This document shows positions 8,485 through 18,103 of a DNA stretch of 25,948 bases, piece by piece (positions within the stretch are counted from its first letter, which is position 1; every line of letters begins with the position of its first letter). Position numbers and translations under genes: made by a program. Source of the stretch: Planctomycetota bacterium (GTDB taxonomy: Bacteria > Planctomycetota > GCA-002687715 > DRQF01); assembly GCA_027001995.1 (NCBI GenBank), contig JALTLO010000028.1:1-25948 (forward strand), in the 5' to 3' direction. The notes under the pieces were generated by a model that searched no databases, was not told where the DNA came from, and saw only the letters and a list, made by a program, of their open reading frames with translations.

Positions 8485-9000
8485 GTGACATCTCGGAAGT
8501 GTTTTTGGTTCGTCGTTGGGACTATCGTGGTTGGCACGATCGCGGGGTGGTATGTGTCTCCAGCGGTGACCGGTGGGCGTGAGCATGTCATTGACATCGT
8601 AGCCCGCCAATACGAATTTGAACCGTCTCAGATCTACGTCAACAAAGGTGACACGCTTCGATTGAAGTTCCGATCAGAGGATGTCGTCCACGGCTTCTTT
8701 CTGGAAGGGCATGACGTCAACTTGTCAATTCTGCCGGGGCAAGAGGTGGTGCAACTCAAGACATCCGGTGGGCATGACGGCCCACCGGAATTCGCTCGAG
8801 AAGTTGTTGTTGAGGCGAAGAGAGTTGGGAAGTTTCGTTTTCGTTGTTCGGTTACCTGCGGCAACCTTCATCCATTTATGCAAGGCAAACTTGTGGTGGG
8901 CTCGAATCGTGTCTTGCATGCGGGGGTCGGCATGATCTTAGGGCTAGCAGCGGCCATGTTGTTCATTGGATTGAAGTGGAGGGGAAGCGATGAAACGTAG
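8485..9000 (+). CDS. Membrane-anchored cupredoxin with a CuA-type site (cytochrome c oxidase subunit II-like)
   Basis: SEDVVHGF and CSVTCGNLHPFM (H...C-x3-C-x3-H-x2-M), with hydrophobic helices at both termini. GTG start with AAGGAG RBS. Confidence 0.85.
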   Translation: MTSRKCFWFVVGTIVVGTIAGWYVSPAVTGGREHVIDIVARQYEFEPSQIYVNKGDTLRLKFRSEDVVHGFFLEGHDVNLSILPGQEVVQLKTSGGHDGPPEFAREVVVEAKRVGKFRFRCSVTCGNLHPFMQGKLVVGSNRVLHAGVGMILGLAAAMLFIGLKWRGSDET

Positions 9001-9481
9001 AATCGAAGAGCTCTCGGCCAAGGAAATTCTCGCTCTAGCCATTCAAATTGAAATTTCGAATCAGTCTCGCATGGAGGCATTTGCGTCGGCATTTAGGGGC
9101 TTCTCCCCGACAACGGCGGCGATGTTCGATGAGCTGGCTGTTGAAGAAGAAGAGCACAAATTGATTCTTGAGAATAAGTTTCGGACTCGATTCGGAGACG
9201 AAATACCACCGATGGACGAGTTTGAAATTGAGGGTGTTATCGAGGCCATAGATATCGATCAATCCGAGTCATTGATCTTCGATGGCATCGATGCGCAAGA
9301 GGTCTTGCGCCAAGCTCGTTTGGCAGAGCAAAACGCTCAGGAGTTCTATCGTTTGGCGGCTGATGCCACTGACGACGAGGAATTGTGTACTTTGTTTCGC
9401 GAATTGGAAGAAATGGAAGGTGAACATGAGTCAGGACTCTCTGAATTAGGAGAGACCTTTCACCGTGGAGAATCAGAATGA
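8990..9481 (+). CDS. Ferritin-like / rubrerythrin-family di-iron protein (no rubredoxin domain)
   Basis: LALAIQIE...EEEEH and AEQNAQEFY...EMEGEH give the duplicated E...ExxH four-helix-bundle pattern. No signal peptide. Confidence 0.85.
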   Translation: MKRRIEELSAKEILALAIQIEISNQSRMEAFASAFRGFSPTTAAMFDELAVEEEEHKLILENKFRTRFGDEIPPMDEFEIEGVIEAIDIDQSESLIFDGIDAQEVLRQARLAEQNAQEFYRLAADATDDEELCTLFRELEEMEGEHESGLSELGETFHRGESE

Positions 9482-10971
9482 GCCAGCAATCATGTGCAAA
9501 ACCTGAACCATCCGGTATGAAACAGCAGGTTCTGGATTCCAAAACAAAGGGGCGCATCGATCTTCTGCGACGCTTTCCTGCTCTTGGCCCCGTGTTGAAG
9601 CACCGATGGTTTCAATTCGCCCTGATTTTTCCGAATCTAGTGTTGTTTGCTCTGTTTCTTGTTGCTGGGATCTATGGGACGCCAGTTGGCAACCGCAATA
9701 TTATCATCGTCTTTGTTTGGATCGTTTGGTGGTTTCTTTTGATCGCCTTGATGGTGCCATTCGCCTCGCGGATTTGGTGTGCTATGTGCCCATTTCCCTT
9801 CATTGGCGAATGGGCCCAGCGCGGAGCCCTTGTCTCGGCGAAAGTGGGCAAGGCTGTTGGACGATGGAGTGGTTTGAGCCGAGTGATCGGCAAAAATCGG
9901 TACTTCGGTTTCAACATTCGCTGGCCCAAAGCGCTGAGTAACATTTGGATGCAGAATATTGGCTTTCTTGGCTTGTGTACTTTCAGCGCGCTCTTCCTGA
10001 CGCGGCCCATCATCTCAACTTGGGTTTTGGGAAGCCTTGTTGTTCTCGCAACTGTCCTTCACGTCATCTTTAGGCAAAGGGCGTTTTGCAACTATGTGTG
10101 TCCGGTGAGCGGTTTTCTGTCTTTGTATTCCATGACTTCCAAACTTGAGGTTCGATCTCGTGATTCGGACGTCTGCTTGAAGTGTAAGACGAAGTCGTGC
10201 TTGGCGGGCAGTGAGACCGGTTGGGGATGTCCTTGGTCGATGTATCCCAGCAAGATGGATCGCAATAACTATTGCGGCGTTTGCACTGAATGTATCACCA
10301 CTTGTCCCCATGACAACATGACGATCAATTTACGTCCATTCGGGTCTGACACGAAGATGAAGGGTTATGATGAAGCTTGGAAAGCATTCATCATGTTGAC
10401 CCTAGTGGCGACATATTCCGTACTTTATCTTGGGCCTTGGGGCTTCCTTCGAGACTGGGCGAATGCCCCGGAGTCCAATGAATGGGGTGGCTTTGGTGTC
10501 TACGTCTCTTTTATGTGGACCACAGCTCTCTTGTTTGTTCCTGGAGTATTTGCGCTGGCAGCTTGGGCTGGTGGAAAATGGGCCAAGAGTGAAACCGTCA
10601 GCTTTAAGAAACAGTTTCTGGCGTTTGCCTATACCCTCGTTCCGTTCGGCCTCCTGATATGGATTGCTTTCAGCACAGTTCTGGTGTTTACCAATTGGTC
10701 CTACATTGCCAATGTTGTTTCTGATCCTTTCGGCTGGGGGTGGGATCTCTTTGGCACTGGGTCTGTGGAATGGCGACCATTCATGTCGGAGTACGTTGTC
10801 TTTCTTCAGATGGTCTTGGTCGCCGTTGGACTCTACTTCGCATTGAAGTCTGGGTGGAAGGCGGCTCTTGGTTTGCACGAACAACCGAAGGTCGCTCTTA
10901 GGGCATTCCTGCCCACCGGCTTCCTATTGTCCGCTCTGGCCATCCTCTTTATCGTCTTGTACGCGGGGTGA
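9478..10971 (+). CDS. Polytopic 4Fe-4S membrane protein, NapH/MauN/NosH/YccM-like
   Basis: WCAMCP and FCNYVCP motifs, CLKCKTKSC...GCP and canonical CGVCTECITTCP, with about 9-10 TM helices. ATGA overlap with the upstream gene. Confidence 0.88.
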   Translation: MSQQSCAKPEPSGMKQQVLDSKTKGRIDLLRRFPALGPVLKHRWFQFALIFPNLVLFALFLVAGIYGTPVGNRNIIIVFVWIVWWFLLIALMVPFASRIWCAMCPFPFIGEWAQRGALVSAKVGKAVGRWSGLSRVIGKNRYFGFNIRWPKALSNIWMQNIGFLGLCTFSALFLTRPIISTWVLGSLVVLATVLHVIFRQRAFCNYVCPVSGFLSLYSMTSKLEVRSRDSDVCLKCKTKSCLAGSETGWGCPWSMYPSKMDRNNYCGVCTECITTCPHDNMTINLRPFGSDTKMKGYDEAWKAFIMLTLVATYSVLYLGPWGFLRDWANAPESNEWGGFGVYVSFMWTTALLFVPGVFALAAWAGGKWAKSETVSFKKQFLAFAYTLVPFGLLIWIAFSTVLVFTNWSYIANVVSDPFGWGWDLFGTGSVEWRPFMSEYVVFLQMVLVAVGLYFALKSGWKAALGLHEQPKVALRAFLPTGFLLSALAILFIVLYAG

Positions 10972-10975
10972 AATC

Positions 10976-11971
10976 ATGAAAACTACAACTTCAGAAATTA
11001 TTGCTTCCGTTCTTGTTGTCGGAGGACTGGCTGCGGCTATCTTCTTGCCGTTTGTCTATGAGAAATATCGTCTCGCGCCAAACACGGCGGAGCAGACCAT
11101 CGTTTTGACGGGAATTGCAACCAATGGTGTTTGGACCGACGAGGACGTGACCGCCGTCGGCTATGAAGGCCATGTCTATTCTGCGGCGAAACCTCGTGTC
11201 GAAGTAGGCAAACCGGTTGTCCTTCGCTTGCGCAGCGCCGACGTTGTGCACAGTTTCTATCTTCCAGAATTGGGTTTGGGTCCGGCTGAAGTCTATCCTG
11301 GCCACGAAGTTGTTTTGCGATTTATTCCCAAGATAACGGGCGTTTTCGAGTTCTACTGCACCACACTCTGCGGCAATTGTCATTACTTCATGCGGGGGCT
11401 CTTGGAGGTCGTTGGACCTGGGAGTGGGGAGAAAGTTCCTTCCTACTTGGATGTGGCATCAAGTCAAGAAGAAACCTTGGCGCAGGACACGAAGGCGCTT
11501 CCGGTCTGCGATCATGATCACGAATTCTCCCCGCTTCCTGATCGTGTTGTCGAAAGAGGAGCTGCGCTATTTTCATCGCTCTCTTGTTACACTTGTCATG
11601 GTGTCGATGGAGTTGGCGGCATTAAAAACTTTAACGCCACGACCAATCCGGTTCCTTCCCTCGATATCGCTGCTGAGCGGTTGATTCTCTTTGAACCAGA
11701 AGAGATTGCCACGGTGATGAACATGTTTGAGGAGGGGAAGTCTTTTGAGGCAGCGCTCAAGAAGCCACCCTTTGAGGCTTACGGTGAGTTCCATGAACAG
11801 TTGGAGCTCTATCGTAAGACTATTCGGGAGGGTATTACTGCCCAGAAGAAAGACCCGAACGGCGTGGCACCTCCCCTCAACATGCCTGTTTGGCGAGACC
11901 ATGTGACTGATGAGCAGGTCGATGAAATCATCGCTTACTTGTTGAGTCTGTACAAGTTTGAAGAGGACTGA
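10976..11971 (+). CDS. CuA cupredoxin-cytochrome c fusion (caa3 CoxII-like architecture)
   Basis: N-terminal TM from ATG 10976 (track start 10868 overlaps the previous gene), SADVVHSF, CTTLCGNCHYFM, then CYTCH and distal PLNMP..W...IIAYL. Confidence 0.85.
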   Translation: MKTTTSEIIASVLVVGGLAAAIFLPFVYEKYRLAPNTAEQTIVLTGIATNGVWTDEDVTAVGYEGHVYSAAKPRVEVGKPVVLRLRSADVVHSFYLPELGLGPAEVYPGHEVVLRFIPKITGVFEFYCTTLCGNCHYFMRGLLEVVGPGSGEKVPSYLDVASSQEETLAQDTKALPVCDHDHEFSPLPDRVVERGAALFSSLSCYTCHGVDGVGGIKNFNATTNPVPSLDIAAERLILFEPEEIATVMNMFEEGKSFEAALKKPPFEAYGEFHEQLELYRKTIREGITAQKKDPNGVAPPLNMPVWRDHVTDEQVDEIIAYLLSLYKFEED

Positions 11972-12259
11972 AGTCTTGTTCAAGCGGTTTGTTTTCAGGA
12001 ACTGACGAGTTGGGAGATGTGGGCGGAAACGAGCGCTTTGTTGTGGCTCCAAGATATTCATTGTCTCTTGAAGTGATGGCCGGATTTTCACCAACAGAAA
12101 TGCCATTTGAGGCCCTGTCAGAGAAATTCCTGGTTTTTTATTCATGTGGGTAAAGTTTCATAAGGCATCTTCCGATTTCACAAACTGGACCTGATTCGTT
12201 CGCTCATTCTCATGTTGGGAGCAACGCAATGGGGCAAGGGAACGAATGAGGAACGGACG

Positions 12260-13417
12260 ATGCCGAATAACAGATTGATAGACTCTCTGGAAAATCACTC
12301 CCAAACCCTTTTGCAAGTGGAATCTGTGTCTCGGGGAGCCGTTCATGGGGCGATCCAGGTAGCCAACGAAGTTGAGCGTGAGGTCATCTTGCGGGTTCTC
12401 CCTGAGCAAGTTGGCGCCGATCTTTCTTCTGGGGGGTACTTAGGGTTCCGCCACCTAGCTGATTTTGTCGACCATGTGTCAATCCGTGATACGGGAGGCT
12501 TCGTTTCATTCTGCCGGGCGGGTTTTGCCCATCTTGTTGAGGGTGCCAACTCTCTCTCTGATGTCAAACGTGATCTTTGTCGCGATTTGGATACTGGCAT
12601 TTCTTTCTTTCATGTTGACGCCAGCAAGAAGCGTGGTGCTCGACGATCTCGGTGTGAAGAGATTGCTCTCACTGTCGAGCTGATGACTTACATCTCTGTG
12701 GAAGCGGCATCCCGTGACCTTGAGGTCATCTTCGAGGTCGGAGGGGGAGGGGCCCTTGCCAATGCTCATGATGTTGAATGTTTCGCCGACTATTTGGATG
12801 CACTTGTGGACGCCTGTGAGGTGGCTGGCATTGATTCGCCCAAGTTTGCCGCCGCATGGACAGGATGCGAAATCAAGGAGTTCTCCAACGTGGCCTCAGG
12901 GCCCAGTCCGTTTTCCTTTGCGGAAGAAGCCAGGGAAGAGACGATGTTGGCGGAGTCTGCAGACATCGCTGGCTTCCGAGGGATTTCTCTGGTGGCCCAC
13001 GATTGTGACTACTTGGGACGGGATTTCTGGCGCCAACTCTATGGCAAGGGTATTGCTATTGCCTGCGTGGGTGAAGAACTGGGAGTTCATGAGACCAAGG
13101 TGTTCCTGAAGCTCTGCGATGCCACAAGATCCGCCTCTATTCGCCAAGACTTCCTGGCCTTTTCCCTGGCATCTGGCGTTTGGCGAGAGTCTGTAACCTT
13201 GGGGTCGACCAGTACTGAAAGCGAAAAGGCAATTTTGGCGGCTCACAAATTATTTGCCACAGAAACCTTCTCAGAGATTAAGATGCGCCTTGAGCGGCGG
13301 TGTGGAGCCGCCGGAATTAGTCTGGACCAGGCGTTATGTGAAGCCCAAAGTACTCGTTTGGTGAGCCTTCTACGGCACTTAGGATCGCGGTTCGAAGTAG
13401 AAGCCTTGATTCACTAA
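12260..13417 (+). CDS. GatZ/KbaZ-like (tagatose aldolase non-catalytic subunit / tagatose-phosphate epimerase fold) protein, divergent
   Basis: The motif order QV...GGYLG, FFHVDAS, FEVG, AHDCDYL, VGEELGVHET parallels the family motifs QV..GGY, IHLD, GTE, AHSTDY, VGP. Likely ATG at 12260 with GAGGA (track 12212). Confidence 0.55.
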   Translation: MPNNRLIDSLENHSQTLLQVESVSRGAVHGAIQVANEVEREVILRVLPEQVGADLSSGGYLGFRHLADFVDHVSIRDTGGFVSFCRAGFAHLVEGANSLSDVKRDLCRDLDTGISFFHVDASKKRGARRSRCEEIALTVELMTYISVEAASRDLEVIFEVGGGGALANAHDVECFADYLDALVDACEVAGIDSPKFAAAWTGCEIKEFSNVASGPSPFSFAEEAREETMLAESADIAGFRGISLVAHDCDYLGRDFWRQLYGKGIAIACVGEELGVHETKVFLKLCDATRSASIRQDFLAFSLASGVWRESVTLGSTSTESEKAILAAHKLFATETFSEIKMRLERRCGAAGISLDQALCEAQSTRLVSLLRHLGSRFEVEALIH

Positions 13418-13431
13418 ATCGTGTTTACTTC

Positions 13432-13475
13432 TTGACCGGCAAGCTTAACATCGTATCATCTGGATGAAGCGATGA
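13432..13475 (+). promoter_or_regulatory. Sigma-70 promoter with two overlapping SahR/SamR-type operators
   Basis: TTGACC (13432)-N16-TATCAT (13454). The 20-bp dyads ACATC-N10-GATGA (13448-13467) and TCATC-N10-GATGA (13456-13475) cover the -10 box and the start codon. Confidence 0.6.
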
Positions 13476-14401
13476 AAGATACAGCCGAATTATTTAAGAT
13501 ATTGTCGGACACGACGCGTCTCCGAATGCTGCAACTACTTGCAGAAGAAGAGCTTACGGTGACAGAGTTGGCTCAGCTGCTCAACATGCCCCAATCAAGG
13601 GTGTCGAGCCAGTTGCAGCGCATCCGAGCCGTCTTTGAATTGTGCGAACGTCGTGACGGACGTAAATCCTACCTGTCTTTGTCAGCAGAATCATTGGAAG
13701 AGCCTGTTTTCGACATCTTTCGGGACGATGTGAAGAACTCCAGGCAGGGCAAGTTAGATTCCGATGCACTGGCAAAGCTCGTTGCTAGGCGAAACGCTGA
13801 GGCACTTCCGAGCCAAGGACAAGGAAGCTTAGGGGCTCAGGAACTTCCTGGTCGCACTTGGGAAGGTTTTGCTCGATCTTTGTTGACGCTCATTCCTGTG
13901 CGCCGAGTCTTGGACGTGGGAGTCGGTGCCGGTGACATGACTCTGCTCTTAGGACGCTTCGCCAGTCAAATCCATGCGGTCGATCCCGACCGTGGAAAGC
14001 TGAGTCGCTTGAAGGCCAAGGCCGATGCGGCCGGTCTCAACGCGCTGACTTGTCATGAAGGACAGGTTGAGAGCTTGCCACTTTCTGATGGCAGCGTCGA
14101 CTTGGTGGTCGTGAGCCAACTACTCCATCTTATTTCAGATGCTCCCAAGGCTATTGGCGAGTGCGTTCGTGTCCTGGATGAAGGGGGCCGTCTGATTGTT
14201 CTTGACCTACTGAGTCATGATGAGGCTTGGGTGAAGGAGAAACTCGGGCATCAGGTCTTGGGGTTTTCCGTTGAGCAAATGAAAACCATGTTGCGGGATG
14301 AAGGATTAACTTCCGTTGATGCCTACCGCGTGGCCAAAGATCGCAAACCACCTCGTTTCGTTTCTATCCTTGCCACGGGTCGGAAGGACAAAAATAACTA
14401 A
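13472..14401 (+). CDS. sahR: ArsR-HTH plus SAM-methyltransferase-fold regulator of methionine/SAM metabolism (SahR/SamR family)
   Basis: [13 protein letters not shown]...ELTVTEL...QSRVSSQL Ars[22 protein letters not shown]-binding motif, and position directly upstream of metH. Confidence 0.85.
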   Translation: MKDTAELFKILSDTTRLRMLQLLAEEELTVTELAQLLNMPQSRVSSQLQRIRAVFELCERRDGRKSYLSLSAESLEEPVFDIFRDDVKNSRQGKLDSDALAKLVARRNAEALPSQGQGSLGAQELPGRTWEGFARSLLTLIPVRRVLDVGVGAGDMTLLLGRFASQIHAVDPDRGKLSRLKAKADAAGLNALTCHEGQVESLPLSDGSVDLVVVSQLLHLISDAPKAIGECVRVLDEGGRLIVLDLLSHDEAWVKEKLGHQVLGFSVEQMKTMLRDEGLTSVDAYRVAKDRKPPRFVSILATGRKDKNN

Positions 14402-14402
14402 G

Positions 14403-17400
14403 ATGAACATTCGCGAGCATGTCCGAAATCGGATATTAGTGATGGATGGCGCCATGGGCACCATGATCCAAGGTTACGGTCTGTCAGAGTCGGACTATCG
14501 GGGAGAGCGATTTTCCGATCATCCCCGTGACGTTAAGGGTAATAACGACATGCTCTCCTTGACTCGCCCGGATGTCATTGAAGAAATCCACCTGGCTTAT
14601 CTGAAAGCCGGTGCTGACATCATCGAGACGAATACCTTTAGTGGCACACGCATCGCTCAGGCTGACTACGGACTGGAAAGCGCTGCCTACGATATCAACA
14701 AGGCCTCGGCGGAAGTTGCCAAGAAAGCCTGTGATCGTTTGTCCACTCCAGAGCGCCCTCGTTGGGTAGCTGGTGCCTTGGGCCCCACCAACAAAACCTG
14801 CTCCATGTCTCCTGACGTGAATAATCCAGGTTATCGAGATATCACCTATGACGCTTTGGCTGCAGCTTATGAAGAACAGGCGAAAGGACTCTTGGATGGT
14901 GGTTGCGATCTTCTCTTAGTCGAAACAGTTTTTGACACCTTGAACGCCAGAGCCGCTCTCTTCGCCATCACGGGTTTGTTCGAACAAGGATATCGTCGTG
15001 TTCCGGTCATGGTTTCAGGAACCATCACGGATGCCAGTGGCAGAACCTTGTCTGGCCAAACGCCAGAGGCTTTTTGGAACTCTGTGAGTCATGCCAACTT
15101 GTTTGCGGTTGGGCTCAACTGTGCATTGGGCCCCGCCCAAATGAGGCCTCATATTGAAGAGATCTCCCGGGTATCCTCAACTTTGGTCAGTTGCTACCCC
15201 AATGCCGGCTTGCCCAACGCTTTCGGAGAATATGACGAAACTCCCGAGAGCGTTGCCCTGCACATTAAAGAATGGGCCGAAAGCGGACTCCTCAATATTG
15301 TTGGAGGTTGCTGCGGCACAACACCGGATCACATTCGAGCCATCGCGGAGGCTGTAGCAGGGGTAACCCCCCGGTTGATTCCTGCTATCCCCAAAGTCAT
15401 GGGGCTGAGCGGTCTGGAAGCGTTTAACGTCACCCCGGAGCTCAATTTTGTCAATGTTGGGGAACGTACTAATGTCTCTGGGTCCCGCAAGTTTGCCCGT
15501 TTGATTCGAGATGGGAGTCTTGAAGAGGCTTTGGAAATAGCCCGCCAGCAGGTGGAAGGGGGCGCCCAAGTGATCGACGTCAACATGGACGACGGAATGC
15601 TGGAAGCAGCGGAAGCCATGGTGACCTTTCTCAATCTTATTGCCAGCGAACCGGATATCTCCCGGGTGCCGATCATGATCGACTCTTCCAAGTGGTCTGT
15701 GATCGAACCGGGGCTGAAGTGTTTGCAGGGCCGAGGCATTGTCAACTCGATTTCATTGAAGGCTGGAGAAGCAGAGTTTGTTTCCCAAGCCAAAAAAATC
15801 TTGCGTTATGGCGCCGCTGTTGTGGTGATGGCTTTCGACGAAGAAGGGCAGGCCGCTGATCTGGCAAGGCGTCAAGAAATCTGCCAACGGAGCTATCGTA
15901 TTCTGGTGGAGGACGTTGGCTTCCCCCCAGAGCTCATTATCTTCGACCCAAACATCTTGAGCGTTGCTACAGGCATCGAAGAGCACAATAACTACGCAGT
16001 CGATTTCATAAACGCCACCCGGTGGATCAAGGACAACCTCCCGGGCGCTTATGTCAGCGGCGGGGTGAGCAATATTTCTTTCTCGTTTCGTGGCAACAAC
16101 TATGTACGAGAGGCCATGCATTCGGCCTTCCTCTATCACGCCATCAAGGCGGGACTCGACATGGGCATTGTCAACGCCGGGCAAATTACGGTCTATGACG
16201 AAATCGAACCAGAGTTGCTTCGAAGAGTCGAAGATGTTCTGCTTAATCGCCGGGATGATGCAACCGAATGCCTCGTGACTTTCGCCGAAGAGTTGAAGGA
16301 TAAGAGTGGGTCCCAAGGGCGGATGGTTGACCTTTCTTGGCGCGAGCAGAGCGTCACCAAGAGACTTGAGCACGCTTTGGTCAAAGGCATCGCAGAATTC
16401 GTTGTCGAAGACACAGAAGAGGCTCGCTTGGCCCTCGAACGTCCCATAGATGTGATTGAGGGCCCACTCATGGCAGGCATGAATGTGGTGGGGGACCTCT
16501 TTGGTGCTGGCAAAATGTTTCTACCGCAGGTGGTGAAAAGCGCCCGTGTGATGAAAAAAGCGGTAGCTCATCTCAACCCTTTTATCGAAGCCGAAAAATC
16601 TGGTGAAGGTCGGCAATCTGCTGGCAAGATCTTGATGGCGACGGTTAAGGGCGACGTTCATGATATTGGCAAGAATATTGTGAGTGTTGTACTGGGTTGC
16701 AATGATTTTGAAATCATCGACATGGGGGTCATGGTGCCAGCACAAAAGATCCTCGACCGTGCCATCGAAGAGAAAGTAGATATCATCGGCCTATCTGGGC
16801 TGATTACGCCTTCATTAGAGGAGATGGCTCATGTCGCTTCTGAAATGGAGCGCCAAGGAATCAAGATTCCACTGATGGTTGGGGGGGCGACCACTTCCAA
16901 GTTGCACACGGCGGTTAAAATTGCTCCTCATTTTCATGGGGCGACGATCCACGTCCATGATGCATCACGAAGTGTGGGGGTTGCCACGGCTTTACAGAGC
17001 GAAGATTTGCGGGAAGACTTTTTGGGTTCCGTTAAGTCAGACTTTGAATCACTTCGAGCGAGTCACTCTCGAAGTGCAAAGAAATCGGAGCTCTTGCCAT
17101 TGAAGGATGCTAGGGCGAACCGTTTTCTGCCGAAAGACTCGTGGCAAACCCAGCCACCGGTTCCTAAAAGTCTGGGGCGGCGAGTCTTGAGCGACGTGGA
17201 TTTGACCGAACTCCTTCCTTTCTTTGATTGGACGCCCTTCTTTCAAACTTGGGAGCTTGCTGGGCGATATCCGTCAATCCTCGAAGACGAAACTGTTGGT
17301 GCACAAGCCAAGGAGTTGTTTCAGGATGCCCAGAAGTTGCTGGCAGACATTGTAGAAACGAAAGGGCTCAAGGCTAAGGCCGTTTTCACCTTGTTGCCAG

Positions 17401-18050
17401 CCAAGCCTGAAGGTGATGATGTCGTTTTGTCTTCCGATTTAGAGAGTGCGAGTGATGAATCGTTTCGCTTTTCCTACTTGCGCCAGCAAAAGAAGCGAAA
17501 CGCAGGCCCCAATTATTGTCTTTCGGACTATCTTGCCCCTGTGGCTGACCACATGGGTCTCTTCGCCGCCAGCATCCATGGAGCTGACGAATTGGCTGCC
17601 ACCTTTGAAGCCGACCATGACGACTATCATAGCATCATGGTGAAAGCCTTGGCGGATCGATTCGCTGAAGCGTTGGCGGAATGGCTTCATCTTCAAGTTC
17701 GGCGGGAGTACTGGGGATATGAAAAATCTTGCGACGTATCCCAGGAGGAACTTCTTGATGAAAAGTATCATGGAATCAGGCCTGCTCCGGGCTATCCAGC
17801 ATGCCCAGATCATAGCGCCAAACGAACGATTTTTGATGTGTTGAAAGTCGAAGAATCCATCGGTTCTCGGTTGACGGAAAGTTTCGCCATCTACCCGGCA
17901 TCCAGTGTGAGCGGTTTCTACTTCGCCCATCCGGAAGCTCGATACTTTGGAGTGGGCAAGATTTCCCCTGAGCAAGTTGAGGACATAGCGCGCCGCCTTG
18001 GCCTGAGTAGGTCGGAAATGGAAGCCCGGCTACGTACGCTCATCTCTTAG
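14403..18050 (+). CDS. metH: B12-dependent methionine synthase
   Basis: [24 protein letters not shown] (Zn/Hcy domain), VGERTN (pterin domain), [22 protein letters not shown] (cobalamin DxHxxG), [14 protein letters not shown] (activation domain). ATG at 14403 (track 14316). Confidence 0.98.
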   Translation: MNIREHVRNRILVMDGAMGTMIQGYGLSESDYRGERFSDHPRDVKGNNDMLSLTRPDVIEEIHLAYLKAGADIIETNTFSGTRIAQADYGLESAAYDINKASAEVAKKACDRLSTPERPRWVAGALGPTNKTCSMSPDVNNPGYRDITYDALAAAYEEQAKGLLDGGCDLLLVETVFDTLNARAALFAITGLFEQGYRRVPVMVSGTITDASGRTLSGQTPEAFWNSVSHANLFAVGLNCALGPAQMRPHIEEISRVSSTLVSCYPNAGLPNAFGEYDETPESVALHIKEWAESGLLNIVGGCCGTTPDHIRAIAEAVAGVTPRLIPAIPKVMGLSGLEAFNVTPELNFVNVGERTNVSGSRKFARLIRDGSLEEALEIARQQVEGGAQVIDVNMDDGMLEAAEAMVTFLNLIASEPDISRVPIMIDSSKWSVIEPGLKCLQGRGIVNSISLKAGEAEFVSQAKKILRYGAAVVVMAFDEEGQAADLARRQEICQRSYRILVEDVGFPPELIIFDPNILSVATGIEEHNNYAVDFINATRWIKDNLPGAYVSGGVSNISFSFRGNNYVREAMHSAFLYHAIKAGLDMGIVNAGQITVYDEIEPELLRRVEDVLLNRRDDATECLVTFAEELKDKSGSQGRMVDLSWREQSVTKRLEHALVKGIAEFVVEDTEEARLALERPIDVIEGPLMAGMNVVGDLFGAGKMFLPQVVKSARVMKKAVAHLNPFIEAEKSGEGRQSAGKILMATVKGDVHDIGKNIVSVVLGCNDFEIIDMGVMVPAQKILDRAIEEKVDIIGLSGLITPSLEEMAHVASEMERQGIKIPLMVGGATTSKLHTAVKIAPHFHGATIHVHDASRSVGVATALQSEDLREDFLGSVKSDFESLRASHSRSAKKSELLPLKDARANRFLPKDSWQTQPPVPKSLGRRVLSDVDLTELLPFFDWTPFFQTWELAGRYPSILEDETVGAQAKELFQDAQKLLADIVETKGLKAKAVFTLLPAKPEGDDVVLSSDLESASDESFRFSYLRQQKKRNAGPNYCLSDYLAPVADHMGLFAASIHGADELAATFEADHDDYHSIMVKALADRFAEALAEWLHLQVRREYWGYEKSCDVSQEELLDEKYHGIRPAPGYPACPDHSAKRTIFDVLKVEESIGSRLTESFAIYPASSVSGFYFAHPEARYFGVGKISPEQVEDIARRLGLSRSEMEARLRTLIS

Positions 18051-18103
18051 GCAATCGTAGGGGCGAAGTGTTCCCTATTCTCTACCTCCTTCTGGGCGTC
18101 CAG

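Noticed and set aside
6469..8610. Long antisense ORFs (382 aa at 6469-7617 and 243 aa at 7879-8610)
   Set aside because: Shadows of the porin and cytochrome genes with no recognisable features
8485..11971. Calling the cluster a cytochrome c oxidase (cox/cta) or nos operon
   Set aside because: No 12-TM subunit I with its His ligands, no subunit III, and no NosZ, NosD or NosL. The 497-aa membrane protein is a Cys-motif Fe-S protein.
11972..12259. Riboswitch (SAM or cobalamin) or strong terminator after the redox operon
   Set aside because: No recognisable riboswitch core; only weak pairing before the T-run near 12135
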